NCBI GenBank assembly: GCA_002633005.1
Contig: NMRA01000516.1
Coordinates: 219,549 to 283,548, forward strand
Reading direction: 5' to 3'
Source of the DNA: Phoronis australis
Taxonomy: Eukaryota; Animalia; Phoronida
Length of the DNA stretch: 64,000 nucleotides
Numbering within the stretch: position 1 is the first letter of the stretch; each line of letters begins with the position of its first letter. The notes beneath the pieces are model-generated. The model did not search any database. It was not told the DNA's origin and saw nothing but the letters and a program-made list of their open reading frames with translations. Positions 50,946 through 63,767 of the stretch are shown piece by piece. The position numbers were made by a program, and so were the translations under genes.

Positions 50946-53900
50946 CTTCCTGGGTCAGCTGACATCTTCACTTTGTCCGTAAACAGTGCATTTTGACGTG
51001 TACCTGTACAGTCTCCTCTCTACCTGTGTCGCCTGTTTTGAACCTGTTTTGGAGTCTGTGAACTGGTTCCTTGAGAATGGTTTAGATTAATAAACTGAAA
51101 CGTTGAATAGATATGTTGTATTTCCTTATGCGCTAATTTTAAAGTTCGTGCTTCTGTTCTGGCCTAAATCAAATGTGATCGGTTTCTCATTTTTCTTGAA
51201 TATATTTTGGGATCCTCAGCCTGTACTCATCGCCACAAATTTGTAACATTCTTGTTCTGCTAGGTACCGTTTAAGGCCATGTCACATGCTCACCCTAACC
51301 AATCATTAGAACTCATAGATAGGTCAAAGGTCACAGAGCTTGGACATTAGTAATTGCCAACATGTGTACATGTGTGAGTCAAAAGTCTGTGTTGACTCCA
51401 GAGTTATAATGGTCAAGATTACAATAAATGATCAGTAATTGGAATTTCTGGAATTCACAGTTTACTGTATGGGATAGGTGGGGCCACCAGGATCACAGGT
51501 GTTAACTTGTACACTGAACTACAACATAACTGTTGCCGCTGGCCTTGTACTTGCACTGTCTTAAGCCGGCTGATTTTTAGTATTAGTCGCCAGCTGGTTA
51601 CCAATGCATATTTGTGTTTGTTATGCATTCCTATGTAACAGCAAAATAAGACAAAGAACAATTTAGTTATTGAAACCCTATTATAAGACAGTAAATGATA
51701 CATTCTTGCACTGTTCCCTATTTAGTGTTTGATCATGCAGCAAAATATGACACAATAGTGATTGTGTTTACCTTTTCACTTGCCAGAATAACTATTGCAA
51801 AACTTTCAAATTATGAAATTAGTGACTGCTGTGTTCACGGGTATAATTTGTGGGTCACAAAAAACGAAACGTTTTCTTGAAGACAACTTTAAAATCATCT
51901 ACTTACAGGCGAAAAATGTGGAATTTTGTATTATTCCACATTTTTCCAACTTCAATTAAGTATTCCTCAGATCGTCAGAAAATGGACTCAACAACGTTTA
52001 TCACTGATTGCTTAAGCTAATCTTACCTCAACAGAGTGAAGCCGTTGGCAACAAATCTTGCAAATGCCCATTTTGGCATTTAGTTATATGAAATAAGCAC
52101 ATAACTTTTCTGACAACACCTCTAGGTTTGTTTGCAGCAAAGGTCATTTGAAAGGAGGAAAATGTCAATTTATTAATTAGTATTGCTTCAATAAAATGAA
52201 GAATATCTTGTGTTACATTGCTTATTCTGAGTTAATTTTTCTTACCCTATTCTGTGTCTCTTTGTTGTGAAATTTCAACATGACATCCTGTCGTGTGTGA
52301 TTTGTGATGTTATGCAGCAGATCTGATCAAACNGTTGACTCCAGAGTTATAATGGTCAAGATTACAATAAATGATCAGTAATTGGAATTTCTGGAATTCA
52401 CAGTTTACTGTATGGGATAGGTGGGGCCACCAGGATCACAGGTGTTAATTTGTACACTGAACTACAACGTAACTGTTGCCGCTGGCCTTGTGCTTGCACT
52501 GTCTTAAGCGGGCTGATTTTTAGTATTAGTCGCCAGCTGGTTACCAATGCATATTTGTGTTCATTATGCATTCCTATGTAACAGTAAAATAAGACAAAGA
52601 ACAATTTAGTTATTGAAACCCTATTATAAGACAGTAAATGATACATTCTTGCACTGTTCCCTAATTAGTGTTTGATCATGCAGCAAAACATGACACAATA
52701 GTGATTGTGTTCACCTTTTCACTTGCCAGAATAACAATTGCAAAACTTTCAAATTATGAAATTAGTGACTGCTGTGTTCACGGGTATAATTTGTGGGTCA
52801 TAAAAAACGAAACGTTTTCTTGAAGACAACTTTAAAATCATCTACTTACAGGCGAAAAATGTGGAATTTTGTATTAATTCCACATTTTTCCAACTTCAAT
52901 TAAGTATTCCTCAGATCATCAGAAAATGGACTCAACAACGTTTATCACTGATTGCTTAAGCTAATCTTACCTCAACAGAGTGCATTAACTTCATCACAAG
53001 ATAAGCAGGTGATCAGTAACACTTCTAACTCCATTTCATGTGGATCCTGCCAGTACAAGGGACATGAATTTTTTTTGAAAAATCGCATGAAATAGGTATC
53101 AGCAACCTCTGCTCTTGATCGTCCGGTCACCTAGGCTTTCTGGGTAGTGGCAAATCTGATGGCGAAATAATTTTCACCGCAAACTTGACTTAATAGTGAG
53201 TGTGCGCTCAAATATTGTCTTCCGAATGATTGTTCACATAGTACACCATGCTGTCCTACAGCTGAAGCGTGAACAGGACAAACTTAAAACTTCAAGAGAC
53301 GTGGGAAAATTGTTCACTGATAATGTTGATATTTGGCAGTAACAGGTCTGAACTTATACTCTCTGCCACATGCTCAAAACAACAAATTGTGTAGTTATCT
53401 CCCTTGACTATAAATTACTGATAATAGTTCGATCCTGTGTACTTCTTCTGTAGGCCGCTGGCAAGATTTAGTGCATGCGCAGTAGTACATGTTACAAATT
53501 TCTGGCGATGTGTCTCACTTCAGATACTGGCTTCTACTTTACAGCGGCACACTTGGATGTAGTGTGAAGCCGTTGGCAACAAATCTTGCAAATGCCCATT
53601 TTGGCATTTAGTTATATGAAATAAGCACATAACTTTTCTGACAACACCTCTAGGTTTGTTTGCAGCAAAGGGCATTTGAAAGGAGGAAAATGTCAATTTA
53701 TTAATTAGTATTGCTTCAATAAAATGAAGAATATCTTGTGTTACATTGCTTATTCTGAGTTAATTTTTCTTACCCTATTCTGTGTCTCTTTGTTGTGAAA
53801 TTTCAACATGACATCCTGTCGTGTGTGATTTGTGATGTTATGCAGCAGATCTGATCAAACATATGCAGAAACAATATACTTACACATGTTATTATATATT

Positions 53901-56192
53901 GTAAAAAATCCCGACTTTAGGACAGTCTCCCGAATTTCGGACACCTAAATTCAACCCCAAACTGAATTTCTTGATTCTGAAATTAAGAGACATGGTCGAA
54001 TTTGGCATTCACCGTATTTCTCAAATTTCAGACATGTCGATTTTAGTGGCATTGGTCATAATTCTCACATTTCGGACAGTGCGCTTTTTCACGTGATGGG
54101 GACTGAACGTAAATCTGGAAGTTCATCAAGTAACGGTGGTAATTTACTCATCGTTTAAAACTGCGTGCTGCCAGTGTAATGTATTGACTGATGTCGCAGT
54201 CTGTAGTTATCGATGTGGATCAGGTTTGTGTGTATCTCGCACGTTTTCTTGGCAGTCATAATCACCGACTCAAAATATTTGCCACGCTTGATCGCGGTTT
54301 GACTATGCAAATAAAATGTATTTTCTTCCACTTATGCATAATCGCCGCAGTGTCATGCTTTGTATTTGGTTTAACAGCTAATTGATAAGCATCGGTGATG
54401 AGACCGTTTTGTTGCCAAGTCAGATTCCATGTTCAGGGCTTCAATTTTTTTTCTGTGAACCTGTGGCCACTTACCTTCCTCCCAACGCCTCGACCTTCGC
54501 TATGCCATGCGCCTGAGTCGGCGAAACGATGTTGTTCAGTGTCAAGTTAAAACAGACTGAAAAGCAAAAATCCATGTCTTAGTTTGTCATGCAGTATACA
54601 TTAGAAATGTTCACATTGCAAACATATCCCTGCTGACAATCTATTTAGTTAAGCTTATTTTGTATTGTGCACGAAATGTTTGGGCTCTCTCTCGCACCAA
54701 CGTTAAGAATTTTGACACCATCTAAAACAGAGTGTTAACCAATTAATCTTTAGTCAAAGTTGCTCAGTTTCCACCCGTCCCCAGTCTCTTTAATGGGTCG
54801 TTTTACCCACCGGCTGTGTGATTTGTAAAATGAAACCGCCTCAGGGCCCATAGTGGTGATCAATCTAAATCTGAATACGTGAATTTATTCACAAGCAGGC
54901 TATCGAGCCAGAGTGAACATAGGACAGATAAGATTACAACAGGAGTACCAGGAATGCATAAGGGCCGTGATTATCAGGACGAACCGCTTTTATAGAGCAT
55001 GAACATCGAAGAAGCTAATGCACTTGTAGCTGACTACTACTTGAACAGTCACTTGCGCGTGGTGGTGTTTTGTGGTTTGAACTACGTAGGCTCTACCTCC
55101 GTTAAATTGTGATCTGGCCTACTGCTATATTTTGGAATACCAATTACAAACTAAATTTATTGATTGAATGTACCCCAGTCGCATAAAGCTACAAGTTCTA
55201 TAATTATCAAAAAACACCCGGGTATGTAATCAAGCTAAGACTACCTTATGTACATGTATCTCGTTGGTGGGAATACTGTTTTGCTAAGGTCTGTAGAGTG
55301 ACAGGTCACTCATAGGTATGTCGCACGTTCTGTCCCAGAAACAATCCAGCGTTACACTGTTGTCGCGTCGTCTGTGTTTGGTTTGCAAACAGTTTAACGT
55401 GAAGATGTTGAGCACCAATGGATATTGCGAATAATCAGTCAAGGTGTGTTACACAACAAACATAATTTTATTTCCTATCACAAAGTTTGGTAAGTCGATT
55501 GTGTTCAGAGTCAGTACAACATCGCTGTTTATGTTTTTGACTGAGGACATTGTGTGAATTTCTTGTCAGCAATAACGATCACAAATCTGTTCATTTAACT
55601 GTCTAACACCCCAAATCGAAACGTTATGGGCACCGAACAGCGTACATTCTAAGATTTCAAACACCCTCGATTTTGCCGTCTTTTTCTCGTATTTCTCGAA
55701 TTTTGGATGGCCAATATTGCCTATTTCTAAAATTTATGACAAGTTCAAAATATTTATTTTTTCACTGTTCTAAATTCGGGAAATTTTACTGTAGGTTATT
55801 GAATGGTTCTGGCGTTATTAAAAGTATTGAGAGGAACGAGGAGGTTTTTAGAAAAAAGAAAAAAATTTCCATCGAGGTTCTCATAATGCGTTTAATAACC
55901 TGGGAACCATTCAATGAACCTAATAGTATTTATCCCTCACTTTTTTATGTTAATTAAATAGCACTTGTCATCTGGTTCCTTCATGTTGATGCGTTTGGAA
56001 CTGCTTAGATGACATCATAGGTCATCATCATTATTTAAATGGTTATTAATAAAATAGTCTTTGTATGTCTAGAAAAAGCTCAATATGTGAGGGATTAAAA
56101 TGCTTATGGTAACTGACTACATTAATTTGCTACTTATTTTGCAAAAAATAGATTAATGATGCCTGCATCAATTCAGTGTTTTTTTCTTGCAG

Positions 56193-56258
56193 TATTCATT
56201 GATGCTCCCAATCCTGTTCCTCCTGTAGAGGGCACTGGTGATCAGAATGGGGGTGCAG
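56193..56258 (+). CDS. OVCA2: OVCA2 exon (VFIDAPNPVPPVEGTGDQNGGA)
   Basis: tttttcttgcag acceptor and GTAAAG donor; phase 1 to 1. Completes the ELVFIDAP motif. Confidence 0.88.
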
Positions 56259-56276
56259 GTAAAGTTTATTTCACTC

Positions 56277-56703
56277 TGTTGAGCATTTTGCTAACACCGA
56301 GACTTGAACCAGGGTTTTCCGTGTGATAGCTAAGCATCCAAACCGTTAGGCCAAGAGGCAATCACCACTTGGCAAGCGATTTGTAGAAGCTTTGTGCAAC
56401 TCTACATCACACCCTGAAGTCACATGTCACCACACTCCTTCCCCTTCCTCAGAACGGGTGCGCCTGCTGCCTGCAGGTCTCAGCAACATTCTAGCAGTGA
56501 TCCACCAGTACCAGTCCGGCACCGTCTCCATCCACCACTCAGAACAACTATTCACGCATCTGGGTTTGTCGTGGGATTTAGAGTTCATTTGGTGCCAATG
56601 TACAAACTGAGCATTAAACCGGAATTTCCTGTGTGACATCCAAACGTCCAAAGCGTTCGGCCAAGACACAGTTGCATGGTCACACCCCTGAAGTAACGCG
56701 TCA
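56277..56703 (-). mobile_element. Small LTR/TRIM-like relic whose TG..CA unit contains a tRNA-derived sequence
   Basis: Units 56411-56277 and 56684-56632 are both preceded by CTTCAGGG(G). A-box TGGCCTAACGG and B-box GGTTCAAGTC; polypurine tract at 56450-56435. Confidence 0.45.
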
Positions 56704-56728
56704 GTCTCCCTTTAAGGTGTACTGATAA

Positions 56729-56897
56729 GTGTACCATACTGAAGAAGTGCAATGTACCACATTGAAGGTGTGCAGTGTACCATAAGGTGTGCAGTGTACC
56801 TCACTGAAGGTGTGCAGAGTACCATACTGAAGGTGTGCAGTGTACCATTCTGAGGATTAGTGCATCGTACCTCACTGAAGATGTGCAGTGTACTGCA
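56729..56897. repeat. ~23-bp minisatellite
   Basis: Variants of GTGTACCATACTGAAGGTGTGCA. Confidence 0.85.
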
Positions 56898-57514
56898 GTC
56901 ACAGTATCATAATGCAGTATATCGTATCAGCGATGTACTTTTACTGTCTTAGAATTTGTTATTATGGTGCCTGTGACAAACTACCTAACCAAATTCATCA
57001 ATGTTGCGATTAACAGTACTATAAATTCCCCAATTTTCATGCACCCACAAAATATACAATAGGCAACTCTTATGTTAACAGGTTTTACGCACAAGTGGGC
57101 AAGAAAGCATGTACTGTTTACCCCAGACTTCTGGCAAATACCTTGGCTCATCAAAGGCTTGATATTAAAGGTCACAGCTGTCACAAATTAAAGTGAGCCG
57201 AATGTGTACTGGATGAGATAATTGCGGTCGTAAACCAACGTGCCTGTTTAACGTACGGGTTTCAAAGTAAAAAACGAACAATTGATTAAAGGCATATGAC
57301 CAATATGACTGTTTTTAAAATTGAAAATATAAATCGGTAAATAAAACAACCAGAACGGATCGCCTGAAATTTGAAATTTTCGGATGTAATAACTTCCTTT
57401 GTCAACAGAAACAAACAGAAATAAAGTAAAATCAAACACTATATGACAATTGACATATAAGATATGGTGTAATGAATGTGATACATTTTTGCGTAAAAAA
57501 TTGAATGACATATT

Positions 57515-59030
57515 TTAAGAAGTTTTTATGTTCAATCCACAGGCGCTTGGGTTTATCGCAAATGACGTCACTCAATAATATATATAAGAAAACATAAAGG
57601 TTGGACACTCGAAATCTATTTCCTAAAAATTTTCTACTCAAATGTGCATGGAACTCCACAAAACTAGCATCGAACAACTCTTAGAATACCCTCTTTCATT
57701 CGATCTCTTCAAATTGCCTTCAAGTGGTAATTTGGCAACAAAAATGCGAAAAGAATGCCAAAATCACAAATTCAAGGACCGTATTCCGTGATGTCATGGC
57801 AGACGGTCTTCGCACATCCGGGTTTTGACGGACGCTCCCAAGCTAAATCCGAAAGTCTAATTTCGCGCGGCTTTCGCCGTCAATCCATCGACTACTTTAT
57901 CATGAGAAGCAGAGAGCACTTTATTACCAAATAAATGTAATTACTCACATATTTGTGTCAAATATAAATTATCCTGATACTGTATTGATATGCGAAGTTT
58001 TTTGTGTACTGTGATTTCTTATGAAGGTTTTACTTTTGGCCAAAACCATTGAGTTAACTCGTCGGCCACGCGCATTGTAATACTTGCACGGACTGCGTTT
58101 CCTGGCCGAGTGTGTGTTGTGCTTCAATCAAAAAAGTGCGTGATGTCAAGATGAGAAACAAGATACGCCAGTTTATGTAATAAAATTCTAAGTTAAGGGC
58201 TAAAATGAGCCGTCAGTGGAATAAAGTTACAAATAATCATTAAAATACTAACTTTAACATTCTCAATTAGTTGAGTTTTGGATTAGAATTATTGAATTTG
58301 AAATATAGGTTGCTTGCTCAAACTCGAAGTTTCACCTACGACAGGCGTACAAGTTGAAGCACAACTGAAATCCGCCATGTTTACTATTTCAGGTCCTTGA
58401 ATTCAGAGTTTTGAGATTGTTTTGGAAATTCCATCGCCAATTCACCACTCACGAAGACAGTTAATGGGATCTAGGAAAGATAAGGCTTCGAAGGTTTATG
58501 CAACACCAGACTGAGGGAGGTGCACGCAGATTTTATTTGGATTTTGGACTGTTGAAGTTGGGAGCCTCGGCTTGGCAAAGTTTAAGTGTCCAACCTTTAT
58601 GTTTTCTTATATATATTATTGAGTGACGTCATTTGCGATAAACCCAAGCGCCTGTGGTTCAATCCATGAGGTTCTATTGTATTGAGCTTGTCTATCCAAT
58701 ATTGTTCTCTTTTGAGTCTGTGAGGGGTACTGGGGTGTTGGAGTTTTTCTATTATTTGTACAGAAAGATCTTGAATATTATGGTTTTTGGAATTGAAATG
58801 TTTACCTATAGTATCAGAAATGTTTTTATGTATTATGTTAAATCTATGGTTACGAAACCGAGTTTGTAGATTATGTTGAGTTTGTCCTACGTATTGGATA
58901 GAACATTTTTTACACGTTATAAAGTAAATAATATTGTTTGTGGTGCAATCGGAATAATGTTTTATTTCAAAGTGTTCATTGGTTTGGGAAGACTGGAAAA
59001 AAGTGCTATCGTTGACAAAGTTACACATTT
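57515..59030 (-). mobile_element. Penelope-type GIY-YIG endonuclease fragment, interrupted near its C-terminus
   Basis: NIIYFITCKKCSIQYVGQT..L..RF..HR..HFN..H..RE..WI..L.T..P.GLN motif. Removing the 57538-58656 insertion and one TSD restores ...PHGLNIKTS* (stop at 57515-57517). No RT is seen. Confidence 0.82.
57538..58656. mobile_element. Non-autonomous P-element-like DNA transposon (1119 bp)
   Basis: Perfect 72-bp TIRs (57538-57609 and 58585-58656) starting CACAGG, a CANRG-type end. 8-bp TSD GTTCAATC at 57530-57537 and 58657-58664. Confidence 0.85.
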
Positions 59031-59425
59031 ATGGTCACCTCTGTCTCTTCAGTTCCTTGACAGATTTTCATAAAAGAAGACGACAACGACATATTTCATT
59101 TGCAGATGGGTACTGGTTATTCTATAGGCTATCTTGTGGTTATTTTTATTACTGCACCTCTCTGGCTGCCAAACCACTCTAAGGATTATGAAAATTGACT
59201 GCTGTTTTCCTGCTGGGGAGACATTGACTGACAATTTTCAGCTGGGTCCATTCACTTCGACTTCCTTTGTGGCATGGTTTTTTAATCCACAACTGTACCT
59301 CCATATCTCATTGGAGTGTCTTTGTGAAATTTTGGGCTTGGAGCAGGGTAACTAGTCCTCATAATGGCTTAAAAAGTTTCTGTCATTTAATCATCATTGT
59401 CATTCTTATGGTGCAAGCCTTCAGA

Positions 59426-59564
59426 AATTGTCATGCAAGGTCAGTGAAAGTAGTTGTGTGTGAAGCCTGCTCCTAGTCATGCCAAATGTCCTAATTGTCA
59501 TGCAAGGTCAGTGAAAGTAGTTGTGTGTGAAGCCTGCTCCTAGTCATGCCAACTGTCCTAATTG
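59426..59564. repeat. 67-bp tandem duplication, 2 copies
   Basis: AATTGTCATGCAAGGTCAGTGAAAG...GTCCT, twice. Confidence 0.9.
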
Positions 59565-59642
59565 GCCTGTCTAAGTAAACACAGCTTAACAAAGAGTTCA
59601 TTATTATTTGTCGCCTTTCATGGTAAGATTATTCTGTTTCAG

Positions 59643-59773
59643 TTCAGTGTGATGATCCTCGAGGCTGGTGGTTCTCTAGGGAAGTTAACTACTATCACGC
59701 GCAGGACTACACAGACTATTGTGCTGGATATGAACAGTCTCTTAGTGCCGTAGAACAAGCATTTGAACAGAAG
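59643..59773 (+). CDS. OVCA2: OVCA2 exon (VQCDDPRGWWFSREVNYYHAQDYTDYCAGYEQSLSAVEQAFEQK)
   Basis: ctgtttcag acceptor and GT donor; phase 1 to 0. Carries the RGWWFS and GxExS motifs typical of OVCA2. Confidence 0.92.
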
Positions 59774-60334
59774 GTTTGGCCAGGCTATAGAATTCTCACT
59801 TAATTGATAAAATATTTTACTAAAAATTTGATTATTTTGTCTAGTAAGCTCTAGACATGGGTTGAGTACTTGTGTGCCACTGACCCGAGCCCAAGTTAGA
59901 TTGGAATTAAGCTTCACTACGTAAGTTGTGCTAATGGCTGCTTATTTCTAACGCAACTCATTTGGTTGTTAAAGTAAAGAAATTGAATATGAGAAAATGT
60001 AAGTTGTGTGTAACATACTTTTTACGGAAAATAATTCTTTTGTCCATCATGCTCTCCCCCAAATTGTGCATTACATGAAATTTTACATGGAAATGACAAA
60101 ATTTGTCATTTGAGATTATAGTGTATTAGCTGGTGGCTTAAGTGGAGTGAAAATTGCCAGTCGCCAGGAGTCTTGAGTTACGCAATTTATACTGCAGTGA
60201 AGTGCGCAATGTGACATAGTATGTGCAAGTGTCAAGAGTATGAGTGGACACTGATATGGCGTTCTGAAGTTAGCCCAACTTTTAAATATTTTTAAGTTCT
60301 ACATAGTCTTGATCTTGGACTGCTTTAATCACAG

Positions 60335-60413
60335 GGTCCATTTGATGGAGTGCTGGGCTTTAGTCAGGGGGCATGCCTCGTGTCTTTACTCTGTGCCCTC
60401 CAACAGCAGAACA
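60335..60413 (+). CDS. OVCA2: OVCA2 exon with catalytic Ser (GPFDGVLGFSQGACLVSLLCALQQQN)
   Basis: cacag acceptor and GTAAGT donor; phase 0 to 1. Contains the GPFDG..GFSQG nucleophile elbow of the FSH1 family. Confidence 0.95.
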
Positions 60414-60442
60414 GTAAGTGATATGAGAAAGCTGTCTAATAA

Positions 60443-60695
60443 TACTGCTATTTCATCAGACGATGTGATACACACAGGACTATACTACTGTTTCATCAGA
60501 TGATCTGATACACCCAGGACTTTACTACTGTTTCATCAGACGATGTGATACACCCAGGACTTACTACTGTTTCATTAGACGATGTGATACACCCAGGACT
60601 TACATACTGTTTCATCAGACGATGTGATACACCCAGGACTATACTACTGTTTCATCAGATGATCTGATACACCCAGGACTTACTACTGTTTCATA
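60443..60695. repeat. 39-40 bp minisatellite (also at 62232-62428)
   Basis: Variants of AGATGATCTGATACACCCAGGACTTACTACTGTTTCATC. Confidence 0.9.
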
Positions 60696-60815
60696 AGACA
60701 ATCAAGATACTGGGCTTGTTGCTATGACACCTGATGATCCACTCAGCAGATTTAGCAGTTGCTACATGAGAAAATCAAAACATTCCTGAAGTCTTGAGAC
60801 CATCAGACAAATAAC

Positions 60816-61666
60816 TGAAAGCATTCAGAGGAGTGACACTTGGCAAAATTAACTGAAACAACCTCAGTGGAGATCGATGATGATGATGGTGGCGATGATG
60901 AACATGATGATAATTTTTATATGACTAACCAAGATGTCAGAAATAAGTAAGAAATATAGTCTTGTTCAGTGGAAGGTAAACCAACAAAAGTGCAGCACTC
61001 AGTCAACAAAAGAACAGCGTTATTCTAAAATCTCAAATGATTAGAAAATTAGACGTTCTACCAAAAAATGGAAATATCTTTTGAAAGCCTGTTCAAAACT
61101 CTATCTAATGAGTCAGTTTAACAAAATTCCGTAAAGTTTTCAAAAAAATTCCAATTTCGCTTTTTTGAAATTGAAAGTCAAATAACTCAAAAATGGTAAG
61201 TCTAAGAAAAAATTGTTACAGGTTATTTGAATGAGTATGCTTCAGAAAATCCACATACAAAAATTCACATCACTTGCTCTTCCCGTTCAAGATCGCACCC
61301 CAGCACAATTAAAAATGGATGAAAATGCGTCATCCACCATCTTGAAGGAAACATCCGGTTAACCAACATTTGATAATAGCTATCAACAAGAAGGTAACAG
61401 ATGAAAAATTTCGAAGCAATTAATCCTACAATTCGCTCTCTACAGGACAAAATGTTTTTGTCCCGAAAAATTGCGATCTCTATGAGCATTTGAATCTGAA
61501 TTCCAAAACAAAATGACCATGTTGAACCCATCTTGACCAAAAACAATTGGCTTCCAGCTCTTCCAGAGATACAGGTTATGCACAAATTTCATGCGAATCA
61601 GTCGAAAAATGCAACCTGTAGAGTGCGAACAAACAAAAAAGGGAAAAACTTAGTGTCGCCAAGTAA
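60816..61666 (+). mobile_element. Monomeric, diverged HINE-like copy with both ends, in an OVCA2 intron (repeated at ~62550-63521)
   Basis: 5' TGAAAGCA..GAGGAGTGACACTTGGCAAAA and 3' TCGCCAAGTAA subterminal inverted motif, with a single core module. Confidence 0.65.
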
Positions 61667-61751
61667 TGATTGAGTTTAGTGTTGTTTTTGTGCTGTACCA
61701 AATGGTCTTCTGTAAATCTACCGACTTAACATTTCACCTTTTATATTTTAG

Positions 61752-61898
61752 AAGTAGAGACGCCATTCCAGTTCCGATTTGCCATTTTTGTGGCTGGATT
61801 TAAGAGCAGGCAGTCAACTCATCTGCCTCTATATAAGGACGTAGTTGAGATTCCAACACTTCATGTGTACGGGGAAACGGATAGAGTCATTCAAAAAG
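61752..61898 (+). CDS. OVCA2: OVCA2 exon with catalytic Asp (KVETPFQFRFAIFVAGFKSRQSTHLPLYKDVVEIPTLHVYGETDRVIQK)
   Basis: ttttag acceptor and GTGAGC donor; phase 1 to 1. Carries the FAI.VAGF and IPTLHVxGETD motifs. The exon with the catalytic His is not visible in the window. Confidence 0.93.
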
Positions 61899-61958
61899 GT
61901 GAGCCTCAGTGAGTTTGTATATTGTTGAAGGCTGACTCTGCACCATGGGTCAGTTTGT

Positions 61959-62231
61959 NNNNNNNNNNNNNNNNNNNNNNNNNNNNNNNNNNNNNNNNNN
62001 NNNNNNNNNNNNNNNNNNNNNNNNNNNNNNNNNNNNNNNNNNNNNNNNNNNNNNNNNNNNNNNNNNNNNNNNNNNNNNNNNNNNNNNNNNNNNNNNNNNN
62101 NNNNNNNNNNNNNNNNNNNNNNNNNNNNNNNNNNNNNNNNNNNNNNNNNNNNNNNNNNNNNNNNNNNNNNNNNNNNNNNNNNNNNNNNNNNNNNNNNNNN
62201 NNNNNNNNNNNNNNNNNNNNNNNNNNNNNNN
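61959..62231. other. Assembly gap (273 N); single-N joins also at 12489, 25045, 35607, 45005 and 52333
   Basis: N characters in the sequence. Confidence 0.99.
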
Positions 62232-63606
62232 AGATGATCTGATACACCCAGGACTTACTACTGTTTCATCAGATGATCTGATACACCCAGGACTTACTAC
62301 TATTTCATCAGATGATCTGATACACCCAGGACTTACTACTGTTTCATCAGATGATCTGATACACCCAGGACTTTACTACTGTTTCATCAGACGATGTGAT
62401 ACACCCAAGGACTTTACTACTGTTTCATAAGACAATCAAGATACTGGGCTTGTTGCTATGACACCTGATGATCCACTCAGCAGATTTAGCAGTTGCTACA
62501 TGAGAAAATCAAAACATTCCTGAAGTCTTGAGACCATCAGACAAGTAACTGAAAGCACGCAGAGGAGTGACACTTGGCAAAATTAACTGAAACAACCTCG
62601 GTGGAGATCGATGATGATGATGGTGGCGATGATGAACATGATGATAATTTTTATATGACTAACCAAGATGTCAGAAATAGTAAGAAATATAGTCTTGTTC
62701 AGTGGAAGGTAAACCAACAAAAGTGCAGCACTCAGTCAACAAAAGAACAGCGTTATTCGAAAATCTCAAATAATTAGAAAATTAGACGTTCTACCAAAAA
62801 ATGGAAATATCTTTTGAAAGCCTGTTCAAAACTCTATCTAATGAGTCAGTTTAACAAAATTCCGTAAAGTTTTCAAAAAAATTCCAATTTCGCTTTTTTG
62901 AAATTGAAAGTCAAACAACTCAAAAATGGTGAGTCTAAGAAAAGATTGTTACAGGTTATTTGAATGAGTATACTTCAGAAAATCCACATACAAAAATTCA
63001 CATCATTTGCTCTTCCCGTTCAAGATCGCACCCCAGCACGATTAAAAATGGATGAAAATGCGTCATCCACCATCTTGAAGGAAACATCCGGTTAACCAAC
63101 ATTTGATAATAGCTATCAACAAGAAGGTAACAGATGAAAAATTTCGAAGCAATCCTACAATTCGCTCTCAACAGGACAAAATGTTTTTGTCTTGAAATCG
63201 AGGTGCACATGCACAATGGCGGATATTTGCTCCATCTTTGATCGGAAGTAAATGATTTCTGGCTCATCTGTAGGACATATCTGGTATTATAATCATACTG
63301 ATTTTCAGCCAGGTACATCGAAAAATTGCGATCTCTATGAGCATTTGAATCTGAATTTCAAAACAAAATGACCATGTTGAACCCATCTTGACCAAAAACA
63401 ATTGGCTTCCAGCTCTTCCAGAGATACAGGTTATGCACAAATTTCATGCGAATCAGTCGAAAAATGCAACCTGTAGAGTGCGAACTAACAAAAAAGGGAA
63501 AAACTTAGCGTCGCCAAGTAATGATTGAGTTTAGTGTTGTTTTTGTGCTGTACCAAATGGTCTTCTGTAAATCTACCGACTTAACATTTCACCTTTTATA
63601 TTTTAG

Positions 63607-63753
63607 AAGTAGAGACGCCATTCCAGTTCCGATTTGCCATTTTTGTGGCTGGATTTAAGAGCAGGCAGTCAACTCATCTGCCTCTATATAAGGACGTAGT
63701 TGAGATTCCAACACTTCATGTGTACGGGGAAACGGATAGAGTCATTCAAAAAG
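63607..63753 (+). CDS. OVCA2: Identical second copy of the OVCA2 61752-61898 exon (probably an uncollapsed haplotype across the N gap)
   Basis: Same 147-nt sequence and splice sites, inside a ~1.5 kb duplication flanking the 61959-62231 gap. Confidence 0.7.
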
Positions 63754-63767
63754 GTGAGCCTCAGTGA

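Noticed and set aside
58585-58656. Inverted repeat as a Penelope pseudo-LTR
   Set aside because: The exact 8-bp TSD and restoration of the ORF on removal show it is a separate TIR insertion.
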